NCBI GenBank assembly: GCA_005776945.1
Contig: SXOB01000072.1
Span: forward strand, 25,337-89,336
DNA from: Pseudomonadota bacterium
Lineage (GTDB): Bacteria > Myxococcota_A > UBA796 > GCA-2862545
Length of the DNA: 64,000 nucleotides
Direction: 5' to 3'
A model generated the notes under the pieces. The model was not told the DNA's origin. It searched no databases and saw only the letters and a list, made by a program, of their open reading frames with translations. Each line of letters begins with the position of its first letter. The stretch's first letter is position 1. This document shows, piece after piece, positions 1 through 9,219 of the stretch. Made by a program: the position numbers and the translations under genes.

Positions 1-615
1 GTTGAGCAGTACGGCATCCGCGCCGAGTTCCATCGCCAGCGCAACGTCCGACGCCGTCCCGACACCCGCATCGACGATCATCGGGACCGACACGGCTTCG
101 CGCACGAGCATCAAGTTGACGGGGTTGCGGATGCCGAGGCCCGACCCGATGGGCGCCGCAAGCGGCATGACCGCGGCACAACCGAGGTCCGCCAACCGGT
201 GGCACATCACGGGGTCGTCCGTGCAGTATGGCAGCACGACGAAGCCCTCGCGGACGAGAATGCGAGCCGCTTCCAGCGTGCCTTCGGGGTCCGGGAAGAG
301 GGTCTTTTCGTCGCCGATGACCTCGAGCTTGATCCACGGCGTCTCGAGCAGCTCCCGGGCGAGCCGGGCCGTGGTCACGGCGTCGTCGACGGTGAAGCAG
401 CCGGCCGTGTTTGGCAACAAAGCGACGCGCTCCCGGTCGATGAAGTCCATGATGTTGGAGCCCCGCGGCGCGTTCAGATCCACGCGGCGCAGCGCCAGTG
501 TGACCATCTCCGTGCCAGACGCCTCGTGGCAGGCGGCCATCGTCGCGAAGTCCGCGTACCGGCCGGTGCCAAGAACCAGGCGAGAATGGAATTGGCGACC
601 GGCGATCGTGAGCAC
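1..615 (-). CDS. thiG: Thiazole synthase ThiG; the C-terminus runs off the left edge of the window
   Basis: Absent from the ORF track because there is no stop inside the window. Manual minus-strand translation from GTG at 615 (GGGAGGG 5 nt upstream) reads [64 protein letters not shown]. These are the conserved ThiG blocks. Confidence 0.9.
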   Translation of the reverse strand, partial: MLTIAGRQFHSRLVLGTGRYADFATMAACHEASGTEMVTLALRRVDLNAPRGSNIMDFIDRERVALLPNTAGCFTVDDAVTTARLARELLETPWIKLEVIGDEKTLFPDPEGTLEAARILVREGFVVLPYCTDDPVMCHRLADLGCAAVMPLAAPIGSGLGIRNPVNLMLVREAVSVPMIVDAGVGTASDVALAMELGADAVLLN

Positions 616-692
616 GCGCCCTCCCGAGCGCCGCCGCCTATCCCCCTTTGCGCACCCACCCGACGTGGTAGGGACGCGGGCCGGAGGTTGTC

Positions 693-2069
693 ATGTTCGT
701 CGCCCTCACCCTCGCCCTCGCCTGTGGCGGCAAGGTCAAACCCCGCGAGTCCGTCGTTGGCGCCGCCGAGCGCGCCGCCGTCTGGGGTGTCGAGGCCGCG
801 TCGGGCGCGATCTACACGGGCCCCGCGCGCACGACCGCCCCGATTCTACCGGCGATGGCCTTTGGCATGACCTGGGACCTCGACTTCGCGTTCGGAGCCG
901 ACGACGACACGATCTCCCGCATCGAGCTCGGCCGCACCGCCGGTCCCGACGGCCGCCCGCGCTGGTTCGTCGTCGAGACGGACGTGGACGGCGAACAGAC
1001 CCTCCTCGTCGAAGCATCCACCGTCGACCTCGTGTTTCCCGAGGCGCCCATCCGCCGCTTCGCGACGACGATCGACGTGGAAGATGCCTCCGACGACACC
1101 GAGCTGCGCGTCACCGCGACCTGGAAGAACCGCGCCGGCAAACCCGTGGTCGCCACATTCGTCAGCGGCCACCCCAAGCCGATGAAGCACCGCAACGCCG
1201 TCGTGGAAGGCCAGGCCCGGAACTCCGCTCTGGTCGCGGTCGACGTCGCCGCAAAGACGTCGGCCTTTTCGGCCAGCGTCGACGTGGACGGCACGAATTT
1301 GCGCGCGATGCGACTCGCGGGCTTCGTCCCCATGCAATTCGCGATGACCCAAGCGACCGGAGGCCTCGCCACCGGCAGCTGGTCCCAACGCCCGGGTTCG
1401 GTCGCCTTGTCGGAGGCCGCGACCCTGACGTGGATTCCCGCGGAAGCGCCCACCGGGGCAGCGCCGGCGCCCGCGCCCGCACCTGCACCTGCACCTGTCG
1501 GGGACCCCGTCGCGTCGCCGGCCCCCGTCGCCGCGCCCGCACCCGCGCCCGTATCGGCAGCGACAACCGCCCCCGAGGTCGTGGCGCCGCCCCCGCCGCC
1601 GCCCCCGCCCGCGTCGTCGTTCGAAACCACCCACCTGCTCACGTCGGGCCACCGCGTCGTCCAGCCCTGGTCGGTCACGCCGACCGCCTCGGGACTCGTC
1701 GCGACGGCCACGAGCGCCGAGCGTACGCTCGTCTACACGTTCCGCGGAAACGAAGAGACCGTCGAGTTGTCGTCGATCTCGTCGACGCCGACGGGCACGA
1801 CGATTCCGTCGGTCTCCGTCGAGTTCGCCCCGGCCCTTCCCGACCTTCGCCGCCCCTTCGAGGGCACCGCGACGGCCCGCTATGTCATCGACGTCAACGG
1901 CAGCCGCGGCCACGCCACGGGCCGCGTGGAGAGCCGCTGGGATGGCGACGCCGTCTCGCTGAGCTTCCTGCCTGACGCGCCGTCGTGGACCGTCGACCGG
2001 CCGCTCGTCAGCACAATTCGCATCGCAGCCGACGGGTCGGTCGAGTCGTCGACGAAACTCGCACGGTAG
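693..2069 (+). CDS. Two-domain lipoprotein with a Pro/Ala-rich linker, function unknown
   Basis: ATG at 693 is preceded by GGAGG. The N-terminus MFVALTLALACGG has a lipobox. A central APAPAPAPAPAP...PPPPPPPP linker separates two domains. The amino-acid composition looks protein-like, unlike the overlapping Arg/Pro/Gly-rich frames. Confidence 0.75.
   Translation: MFVALTLALACGGKVKPRESVVGAAERAAVWGVEAASGAIYTGPARTTAPILPAMAFGMTWDLDFAFGADDDTISRIELGRTAGPDGRPRWFVVETDVDGEQTLLVEASTVDLVFPEAPIRRFATTIDVEDASDDTELRVTATWKNRAGKPVVATFVSGHPKPMKHRNAVVEGQARNSALVAVDVAAKTSAFSASVDVDGTNLRAMRLAGFVPMQFAMTQATGGLATGSWSQRPGSVALSEAATLTWIPAEAPTGAAPAPAPAPAPAPVGDPVASPAPVAAPAPAPVSAATTAPEVVAPPPPPPPPASSFETTHLLTSGHRVVQPWSVTPTASGLVATATSAERTLVYTFRGNEETVELSSISSTPTGTTIPSVSVEFAPALPDLRRPFEGTATARYVIDVNGSRGHATGRVESRWDGDAVSLSFLPDAPSWTVDRPLVSTIRIAADGSVESSTKLAR
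1461..1610 (+). repeat. In-frame Pro/Ala low-complexity repeat (GCxCCx units, then a poly-Pro run)
   Basis: Read directly: gcgccggcgcccgcgcccgcacctgcacctgcacct ... ccgcccccgccgccgcccccgccc. It encodes (AP)n and P8 inside the 693..2069 CDS. Confidence 0.8.
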
Positions 2070-2084
2070 CGGACGCTTGGCGGC

Positions 2085-2405
2085 TCAGAACGAGAACAGG
2101 ACCTCGTCGTAGCAGGTCCCGTCCTCGATCTCCTCGCAAGACGAGCTCGCGAGGCAGCGACGGTGGTCGTCAAAGGCGTCGATTTGGGCCTCGTCCTCCC
2201 AGTCTTCCAAAACCGCCCGCTGGTCCAGGCAGGACTCCTCGCATTGCGCGAACGCGACGCGCTCGGTGCCCAGGTTGCCGCAGTCCAACAGTTTGTGGCA
2301 AACCTGACCACAGGTCGGTGTACACCCGCCCGCGAACAGCGCGGCGACGACGACGATCAGATCGGGGCGCAGAAGCCGCCGTCCAGTGGGTCGATGTTGC
2401 TGCAC
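2085..2405 (-). CDS. Small acidic Cys-rich lipoprotein (9 Cys)
   Basis: Only the C-terminal part of track ORF 2085..2708 looks protein-like. GTG at 2405 gives MQQHRPTGRRLLRPDLIVVVAALFAGGC (charged n-region, hydrophobic core, lipobox), then CTPTCGQVCHKLLDC.... The start choice is my inference. The gene overlaps the upstream gene by 49 nt. Confidence 0.55.
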   Translation of the reverse strand: MQQHRPTGRRLLRPDLIVVVAALFAGGCTPTCGQVCHKLLDCGNLGTERVAFAQCEESCLDQRAVLEDWEDEAQIDAFDDHRRCLASSSCEEIEDGTCYDEVLFSF

Positions 2406-2752
2406 CCGGACTGCGATCCGAGGCTCGGCGCGTACTCCCAAACGCAGTCGATCCAGGCCGCGGCCTGCTGGTCCGTCTGCAGCACGGGCCGATCGTTGGC
2501 CGGGTAGCGCAGATGCGGGTCGTAGCACTCCTCTTCGCCGGTCTCTGGGTCCGGCGCGCACAGCCCGCCGGGGTGCTGCAACGCCGACTCGCAGGTCGCG
2601 ACGCAGTCGGAGATGGCCTCGTCGTCGGTACGACCGGCCTGGTTGATGTCGCACTCGGACGCCTCGTAGACGTGCCGGCAAGTGGTCTGGCAGTTGTGCG
2701 TCGTACACGCCTGCAGCGCGGCCACGGCCGCGAGGCCCATCAACGTGCGCAA
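2357..2752 (-). CDS. Small Cys-rich lipoprotein (11 Cys)
   Basis: This is the C-terminal part of track ORF 2357..3706. TTG at 2752 lies 5 nt after GGGAGG and gives MRTLMGLAAVAALQAC (lipobox), then CTTHNCQTTCRHVYEASEC.... It shows the same C-T-x3-4-C-x3-C opening as the downstream paralog. Confidence 0.6.
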   Translation of the reverse strand: MRTLMGLAAVAALQACTTHNCQTTCRHVYEASECDINQAGRTDDEAISDCVATCESALQHPGGLCAPDPETGEEECYDPHLRYPANDRPVLQTDQQAAAWIDCVWEYAPSLGSQSGCSNIDPLDGGFCAPI

Positions 2753-2946
2753 GCGTCCTCCCGATTCGCGCGCCAGGCGCTCGGCGACCACCCGGTAGGC
2801 GGAACGGTCGGCGTACGCGGGGGCTGCGGAGTGCCCACGCGGCCCCTTTCGGGCGCCTTCGGATTGCCAGATGCGCGGCTGTCGGACATCGTCGTCCCCC
2901 AGGGCCCGCCCGCTATCGCGTCCGCGGCCTTCGAGCAGCGGGCCCG

Positions 2947-3660
2947 CTAGCCGGTCTGAACGACGACGCCCTCGCGGACGACGAAGCCCGGCGGCAGCGA
3001 CGCCGCCACGCGATCCACGTCGCCCACCTTCCAACGACGCTGGGCGAAGGCCGTGGCGACGCGGACTTTCAGCCGATTGCTGTCTTCGGACGCGTCGACG
3101 AGCCGTGCCTCCAGCACCTCTCGGCCGCGGGCATCGCCCTGGCCAAGGATGGCGCCGACCGACGCACATCGCACACCTTCGTCGAAGTCCCCGATGTGCT
3201 CCGCCGCCGCCGCCAAGGCGCGCGAGTCTTTGCGATCGGCGAGCCAGGTCAACAGGTCGAACTTGCGCTCGGCTTTGAAATCGCGGCGTTGCGCCTCGAC
3301 GACCAGCAAGTCGAGCACGAAGTCCATGGCCACGCCGGCGCCGTCGAGCTGTTCCAGCAGTCGAAGCGGGAAGGTCACCTGCCGGCACCGCTTGAGATGG
3401 GCGCGGACCGCGCGCCCAACCTTGTCGGTGCCAAGTTCCACGAGGTGTTGGTAGACCCGGTCCTTTTCCTTCTGATCCAGGATCTGGTGCTCGAGCGTCA
3501 TGTCGAAGCGGGTGAGCAGAGCCACCACGGCCTTCGGTGTTCCGTTGCTGACCAGCCACTCCGTGACCGACTCGCGCTCGTCGGCCGGCTGCGCCTTGTC
3601 GGTGAGCAGGCGCTGGCGCTTGGCAATGCGCGCCTCTTCGCCCATGAACCAGTCGAACAT
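2947..3660 (-). CDS. HEAT/PBS-lyase-like repeat protein, function unknown
   Basis: Clean 237-aa ORF with a helical-repeat composition (..DEGVRCASVGAILGQGDARGREVLEARLVDASEDSNRLKVRVATAFAQ..). No catalytic motif recognised. Confidence 0.65.
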   Translation of the reverse strand: MFDWFMGEEARIAKRQRLLTDKAQPADERESVTEWLVSNGTPKAVVALLTRFDMTLEHQILDQKEKDRVYQHLVELGTDKVGRAVRAHLKRCRQVTFPLRLLEQLDGAGVAMDFVLDLLVVEAQRRDFKAERKFDLLTWLADRKDSRALAAAAEHIGDFDEGVRCASVGAILGQGDARGREVLEARLVDASEDSNRLKVRVATAFAQRRWKVGDVDRVAASLPPGFVVREGVVVQTG

Positions 3661-3751
3661 TTCGTCCTCGCGGCGCGGCGTCTAAGCGCAGGACGGCCCA
3701 TGGCAAGCGCCTTGCCCCATCGCGCCGCGCTGCGTTACCGACCCCGCGCTT

Positions 3752-3834
<83 letters not shown>

Positions 3835-3988
3835 CCCCTCGAGCGGATCGTGATTCAGACCGCCAGGCACCCGGACAGTGGTGTCGCGGTTTCGCCGGGC
3901 GTTCCGCTCCCAACCCCGCTACAATCCGCTGACAAGGCCGTACGTCAGCGGTGGCACGCCGCTTGCACCCCGACCGATTGGAGGCGCG

Positions 3989-5533
3989 ATGCCAAGGCTG
4001 ATTTTCATCTTGGCGTGGACAGGCTGCGCAGTCAGCGGCGAGTGGCGCCTCGACACAGCCACTACATTCGACGCAAGTACCGCCTCCACCGACTCGCCTC
4101 GGGACACGTACGCCTCGCCCCCCCCGCCCGAGGTCGAGGCCGACCGGCTCGGGCTGCCTCCTGCGCAGACCGACGTCTACGTGTTCATCGCGAACCCCGA
4201 CTACGACTCGGTCACCCGCGTGAACGTCAACACATCCGAGGTCCGGACCACCCCGGTCGGGGTCCACCCGACTGCGGTGGCCACGACGTCCGACTACCGA
4301 ACCTCGGTGGTTTTCAACGAAGGCGACGACTCGGTCAGCATCATCGACGCCGCCACCCTGGATCAACGGGTCGTCGACGTCCGGGCAAATCTCAACCACC
4401 TCGAATTGACGGTGGACGGCCGCTGGGCCCTCCTCTGGCGCGACGCGTTTGCGCCAGACGCCGACGAAACCGCCGACGGGCTCGTCTCCTACAACGAAGT
4501 CTCCTTCGTCGAATTGGCCACAGGGACGCACTGGCCCATCGTCGCCGGCTACCGACCCCGCCAGGCGCTCGGCACGCCCGACGGGCGCTCGGTGGCCCTG
4601 ATTTCCGACGACTACCTCACGCTGGTCGACGTCTCGGGGAACGAGCCCCTCCCCACCCTGATCCGGTTGGAGCCCGACGACCTGACACCGCCGGCCGCCG
4701 AAGAGGCCATTCTGGACCCCTCGGGCACGTGGGCCATGGTCCGGCAATTCGGCGCCACCGATTTGTTGTATGTGGACCTCGTCAGCCAGGGCCTGCAGCG
4801 GGTCCCCGTAGGCGACAACCCGACGGACCTCGACATGGCGCCTGACGGCCGCGTCGCCGCAGTCGTCGCCCGCGACGATCAATCGATCTGGATTCTCGAT
4901 GCCGCCGACCCGCTTGCACCCGCCGACGTCGTCACCCTTCCCGCGGGCCTCGAAGCCGGGCAACTCCAGTTCGCATCGGACGCCAAATCCGCCGTGTTGT
5001 ACACGACGGCCTCGCTGATCGATCGCTACGCCGTGTGGGACGTCGATGCCGGCACGGTGACCGATCGATCGCTCGTGAAGCCTGCCCAGACCGTCAGCCT
5101 TTCGCCCGACGGCGGGACATTGCTCGTCTTCCACACGCTCAGCGACGCCCCCGGGACCGAGGCCCCGTTCGCAGGCGAGTGGGCCATGTCGATGATCGCG
5201 CTCGACAGCTTCGTCGCTTCGCCGCTCGTCCTTCCGTCCGAACCCACAGGGTACGCCCACAGCACCGACGGCTCGCACGGCTACTTTGTCATGGACGGCG
5301 AACGCAGCCTCGTCCGCCTCGACTATGCGACCCTGCTCAATCAGGAAGTTGCGCTGAAATCCGTGCCCGTGTTTCTCGGCGTGCTGCCGGACCTGACGCC
5401 GGGCGACCCCGATTCCCCGCGCACCTGGGTGTCCCAGGACCACAGTTTGGGCCGGATTTCCTTCTACGACCCTGACGACGGCGCGCTCGAAACGCTGACC
5501 GGCTTCGAACTCAACAGCGGAATCGAGGAGTGA
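3989..5533 (+). CDS. Beta-propeller (YncE/YVTN-like repeat) lipoprotein, paralog 1
   Basis: ATG at 3989 lies 4 nt after GGAGG. MPRLIFILAWTGC carries a lipobox. Repeated ..D.V.V.D.......V.VG..P..L..SPDG.. blade-like units. Many blocks are identical to the next gene (AQTDVYVFIANPD, LGRISFYDPDD, LETLTGFELN). Confidence 0.85.
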   Translation: MPRLIFILAWTGCAVSGEWRLDTATTFDASTASTDSPRDTYASPPPPEVEADRLGLPPAQTDVYVFIANPDYDSVTRVNVNTSEVRTTPVGVHPTAVATTSDYRTSVVFNEGDDSVSIIDAATLDQRVVDVRANLNHLELTVDGRWALLWRDAFAPDADETADGLVSYNEVSFVELATGTHWPIVAGYRPRQALGTPDGRSVALISDDYLTLVDVSGNEPLPTLIRLEPDDLTPPAAEEAILDPSGTWAMVRQFGATDLLYVDLVSQGLQRVPVGDNPTDLDMAPDGRVAAVVARDDQSIWILDAADPLAPADVVTLPAGLEAGQLQFASDAKSAVLYTTASLIDRYAVWDVDAGTVTDRSLVKPAQTVSLSPDGGTLLVFHTLSDAPGTEAPFAGEWAMSMIALDSFVASPLVLPSEPTGYAHSTDGSHGYFVMDGERSLVRLDYATLLNQEVALKSVPVFLGVLPDLTPGDPDSPRTWVSQDHSLGRISFYDPDDGALETLTGFELNSGIEE

Positions 5534-5535
5534 CC

Positions 5536-7086
5536 ATGCGCGCCCTTTACGTCTTGGTTCTGCAATCGGGTTGCGGCGCGTCGTACGACCTGGCCATGGG
5601 TGAGGCGAATTCCTCGGGGTGGTCCGCCACCGATGCCGGCGACTACGGCGCGCCGTCCATGACCACGAGCCCGCCTCCGCCGGAGGACGAGTCCGACCGC
5701 CTCCGCAGCGTCCCCGCCCAAACCGACGTCTACGTGTTCATCGCCAACCCGGACCGCGACACGCTCACCCGCGTCCACGTCGCCACGAGCAGCGTGGTCA
5801 CGACGACCGTCGGCGTCACACCAACGCTCGTGGTCACCACCCCCGACTACCAGACCGCGGTCGTCCTCAACGGCGGCGACGACACGATCAGCCTCGTCGA
5901 CGCACCGACCCTCGATCAGACGGTCGTTCCCGTCCGCCCGAACCTCAATCGCCTCGACCTTTCACCCGACGGGCGGTGGGCCATCGCCTGGCACGACGCA
6001 TTTACCGAAATCGAAGAGGACCCGCCCGAAGGCGTCGTTTCGTTCAACGAGGCCAGCCTCGTCGAGGTGGCCACCGGCCAGCACGTCCCGATGATCGTCG
6101 GCTACCGGCCCCGGTCCGTCGCGTTCACGGCCGACGGCCGACTCGCGGCCCTCATCAGCGACGACTACGTCGCGGCCATCGATCTCACGGTCGGCAGCCC
6201 GACACCGAAACTCATCGAGCTCGACCCGGGCGCCATCGACCCTCCCACCGCCGAAGAGATGATCCTCGACGCGAGCGGAACGTGGGCCTTCGTCCGCCAG
6301 TTCGGCTCCAACGACATTCGCGTCGTGGACCTCATTTCGAGCGATGTCGGCTCCGTGCCCGTGGGCGCGAACCCCACCGACATGGACCTCACGCCCGACG
6401 CCGGCCAGGCCGCCATCGTCGCGCGAGACGCCGCCGAATTGTGGCTGCTCGACGCGGCAGACCCCTACGCGCCCGCCGAAATCCTCGACATTCCGCCGGG
6501 TGCGGAAGCGGGCCAGGTCCTGTTCGACGCCACGGGCCAAACCGCGGTGCTCTTCACGACCGCCGTGGCCGTGGACCGCTACGCGACCTGGAATCTCTCC
6601 TCGGACGTCCTCGTAGAGCGCGCCCTCGTCAAGCCCGCCGACACGGTCACCCTGGCACCAGGTGGCGAGACGCTCGTCGTCTTCCATTCGAAGACCGATG
6701 CGCCGGAAACCGACCCCGCCTTCCAAGGGGAATGGGCCGTGTCGATGATCGACCTCGGGAACTTCGTGGCCAGCCCCGTCGTCCTCCCCTCCGCCGCAAC
6801 CGGCTACGCGCACAGCAACAACGGCGAGCTCGGCTACTTCATGATGGACGGCGAAATGACGCTCGTCCGCCTCGATTACCAGACGCTGCTCTTCCACGAA
6901 ATCGCGCTCCTGTCCGAGCCCGAGTTCCTTGGCGTCCTGCCCGACCTCGACCCCACTGACGACGACCAGCCGGCCACCTGGGCCAGTCAGGTTCACGATC
7001 TGGGTCGCATTTCCTTCTATGACCCCGACGACGACACACTCGAAACGCTCACCGGATTCGAACTCAACGCTGGTATCGAGGACTGA
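5536..7086 (+). CDS. Beta-propeller lipoprotein, paralog 2 (tandem duplicate of the previous gene)
   Basis: ATG at 5536 lies 2 nt after the upstream stop, and GGAGGAG overlaps the end of the upstream gene. MRALYVLVLQSGC carries a lipobox. The protein is collinear with paralog 1 along its whole length. Confidence 0.85.
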   Translation: MRALYVLVLQSGCGASYDLAMGEANSSGWSATDAGDYGAPSMTTSPPPPEDESDRLRSVPAQTDVYVFIANPDRDTLTRVHVATSSVVTTTVGVTPTLVVTTPDYQTAVVLNGGDDTISLVDAPTLDQTVVPVRPNLNRLDLSPDGRWAIAWHDAFTEIEEDPPEGVVSFNEASLVEVATGQHVPMIVGYRPRSVAFTADGRLAALISDDYVAAIDLTVGSPTPKLIELDPGAIDPPTAEEMILDASGTWAFVRQFGSNDIRVVDLISSDVGSVPVGANPTDMDLTPDAGQAAIVARDAAELWLLDAADPYAPAEILDIPPGAEAGQVLFDATGQTAVLFTTAVAVDRYATWNLSSDVLVERALVKPADTVTLAPGGETLVVFHSKTDAPETDPAFQGEWAVSMIDLGNFVASPVVLPSAATGYAHSNNGELGYFMMDGEMTLVRLDYQTLLFHEIALLSEPEFLGVLPDLDPTDDDQPATWASQVHDLGRISFYDPDDDTLETLTGFELNAGIED

Positions 7087-7087
7087 T

Positions 7088-8602
7088 ATGCGAAGAATCT
7101 CTCTCGTACTGTTGCTCGCCGCGTGCCGCGGGTGGGGCAACCTCCCCGACCAAGACAACGTGTACACGGGCCCCTTGTGGGATCCGAACGCCGTCTGGTC
7201 CACCCCCGACGGCTTGTACCTTTCGCTGCCCGCATCCAAGGGGCTCGGTCTCCTCGACCCGGCGACGGGCAAGCTCGAAAAGGTGGTCCTCGAAGGCGAT
7301 GTCGACGTGATTCGCGCAGCGCCCGACGGCGAACGGCTGGCCGTTTTCACCGACGAACGGGTCTGCAAGGATCCCGACGGCGAGCTCGAAGACTGCGACG
7401 ATTTCACCGACAAACGCCGACTCGCCGTGGTGCAAGGCGGTCGCGCCGAAGTCACCGTCGACATCTCCGAGGGCTGGAATCAGCTCACCTTCACGCCCGA
7501 TGGACGCACCGCGCTCCTCAGCATCGACACGACGCTGCTCGATGACGTCGGCGCCGTGCTCGACCTCACAAGCCTGCTCGCCGTCAACCTCGACGACGGC
7601 GCCAGCGCCACCGTCCACGTCGGATTTGCCCCCGACGAATTGCTGTTCACCACTTTGCCCGACGGGACGAACGACCGCGCCGTGGTCCTCGCCTACGGGG
7701 AAGTGGCCGTCGTCGATCTCATGGCGTCCCCGCCGATCCGTACGGTGAGCTTCCCACTCGTCCTGGACCCGGACGACATCGCGGTGCCGAGCGACGTCGT
7801 TCTGACGCCAGATGGCAATCACGCCATGTTGTCGATCGCCGGCGCGACCGAATTGTACATCCTCGACCTGCTGAATCCCAACATCAACATCGTCGATCTG
7901 GACGCGCCACCGGTCGCCATGAACGTCAGCGCCGAGGCCGACAACACGCTCATCGTCAGCACGAGCGCCAGCTCGTTCACCTTGGTCGACCACCAGTTCT
8001 TCGACGCGACGGTCATCGAAATCGACGAGCCCAAGAGCGCCGTTCTCGACGGCGGGGCTTTCGACCTGCTGTGGTCGCCGAAACAAGGCCAGGACGTTCT
8101 GCGCGTGGACCCGTTGACGGGCGGCGTCGTCGAGTACCGCCTGCAGACCGCGCCGACGCAGCTCCTGCTCAGCCCCACCGAAGAATTCGCCATCGCGCTG
8201 ACCGCACAGAACCAGGACTTCGGCAGCCCATTCTACGGTCATCCTGGCCTCGAAATCCTCAACCTCGCGAGCGAAGACGTCCAACCGCTGCTGCTGGAGA
8301 GCCAAGGAATCGCCGCCGCGTTCACCGCGACGGAAGGCTCGTTGCACGCCCTCATTCTGCAGGAAGGCGTCGACTACGTCTACGCCCTCGACCTCTACGG
8401 CGGCCAGAACATCGAAATCGATCTCGAGGAACCCCCCATCACCATCGGCGCCCTGTCCGACGGCAACTTCTACGTCACGCACGACGACCCCATGGGTCTC
8501 ATCTCCATCGTCGACCCCGACGGTGACGTCACCCTGCTTTCCGGCTTTGCCACCACCGGGATTTTCGACGCCTTCGGGCCGTCGGAATCCGGCGACTACT
8601 AG
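7088..8602 (+). CDS. Beta-propeller lipoprotein, diverged paralog 3
   Basis: ATG at 7088 lies 1 nt after the upstream stop. MRRISLVLLLAAC carries a lipobox. TPDG/APDG blade motifs are present. The C-terminal TLLSGFATTGIFD echoes the LETLTGFELNSGIEE ending of paralogs 1 and 2. Confidence 0.8.
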   Translation: MRRISLVLLLAACRGWGNLPDQDNVYTGPLWDPNAVWSTPDGLYLSLPASKGLGLLDPATGKLEKVVLEGDVDVIRAAPDGERLAVFTDERVCKDPDGELEDCDDFTDKRRLAVVQGGRAEVTVDISEGWNQLTFTPDGRTALLSIDTTLLDDVGAVLDLTSLLAVNLDDGASATVHVGFAPDELLFTTLPDGTNDRAVVLAYGEVAVVDLMASPPIRTVSFPLVLDPDDIAVPSDVVLTPDGNHAMLSIAGATELYILDLLNPNINIVDLDAPPVAMNVSAEADNTLIVSTSASSFTLVDHQFFDATVIEIDEPKSAVLDGGAFDLLWSPKQGQDVLRVDPLTGGVVEYRLQTAPTQLLLSPTEEFAIALTAQNQDFGSPFYGHPGLEILNLASEDVQPLLLESQGIAAAFTATEGSLHALILQEGVDYVYALDLYGGQNIEIDLEEPPITIGALSDGNFYVTHDDPMGLISIVDPDGDVTLLSGFATTGIFDAFGPSESGDY

Positions 8603-8610
8603 GAGTACCC

Positions 8611-9201
8611 ATGTGGACCATCCTGTTCGCACCGGCCGCCTTGGCCCTGCCGCCCATGGAAGTCGCCATCGAAGTCGGCTCGCTGCACAATGGCGATTCC
8701 GCTTACGACGTCGTCTCCGATGAAGACATTGTGACGTCGGTGGGGTTGCGCGGCGGCATCGCCGTGGCCGGGCCCTTGCACGTCGTCGTCGGCTGGCACC
8801 GCGCGAGCCAGGGGGCGAGCGTTTTCGCCGGCGAGACCGCGTTCCAGTCGGCCTACCAGGCCAACGAATGGACCGGCGGGCTCAAGGGCGTGTGGCACCT
8901 TCACGACGTCATCCAGCCCTACGTGTCGGCGCAGGCGCTCGTCCTTCAAGGCGCCTTCAAGTTCGACGGCGACGCCAGCGACGACGACAACATCGACCAA
9001 CTCGTGGAGCGCGCCGTCCACCCGGGCGGCATGGCGACGTTGGGGGCATGTGCCACTGTCCCGCTGCCAGACTGGCCTGCCCAGCCGGCGCTGTGGCTGG
9101 AAGGAGGCATCGCAGGCGTGAGCCGCGCGACCTACGGCAATTTTGGTGACATGGCCGCGGGCGGATTCATCTTCCGGGCTGGCGCCGGCGTCCAGTTCTG
9201 A
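8611..9201 (+). CDS. Small outer-membrane beta-barrel protein (about 8 strands)
   Basis: AGGAG lies upstream of the ATG. Signal peptide MWTILFAPAALA. Alternating hydrophobic beta-strand pattern. The C-terminal ..FRAGAGVQF ends in Phe, as expected for BAM substrates. It is the last gene of the propeller operon. Confidence 0.7.
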   Translation: MWTILFAPAALALPPMEVAIEVGSLHNGDSAYDVVSDEDIVTSVGLRGGIAVAGPLHVVVGWHRASQGASVFAGETAFQSAYQANEWTGGLKGVWHLHDVIQPYVSAQALVLQGAFKFDGDASDDDNIDQLVERAVHPGGMATLGACATVPLPDWPAQPALWLEGGIAGVSRATYGNFGDMAAGGFIFRAGAGVQF

Positions 9202-9219
9202 TCGCGCTCTCGCGCGATC
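9200..9219. terminator. Perfect 8-bp stem / 4-nt loop hairpin between convergent genes (possible bidirectional terminator)
   Basis: GATCGCGC-TCTC-GCGCGATC read directly. It overlaps the TGA of the barrel gene and the stop of lgt. There is no U-tract, so terminator function is only inferred. Confidence 0.45.

Noticed and set aside
616-692. A possible TPP riboswitch upstream of thiG
   Set aside because: The 77-nt gap lacks the conserved CUGAGA and ACCUGAUCUGGAUAAUGCCAGCG-type elements and is too short. thiG is probably preceded by other thi genes or regulated elsewhere.
2-1975. A 657-aa plus-strand ORF, together with other long ORFs overlapping thiG and the first lipoprotein gene (199..870, 812..1711, 846..1913)
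   Set aside because: The translations are extremely Arg/Pro/Gly/Ala-rich, with no motifs. They overlap frames that give clean ThiG and lipoprotein sequences. These are typical shadow ORFs of very GC-rich DNA.
3920-3925. A TACAAT hexamer 64 nt upstream of the first propeller gene, considered as a sigma-70 -10 box
   Set aside because: I could not find a credible -35 element at 16-19 nt spacing, and a single hexamer is too weak to call a promoter.
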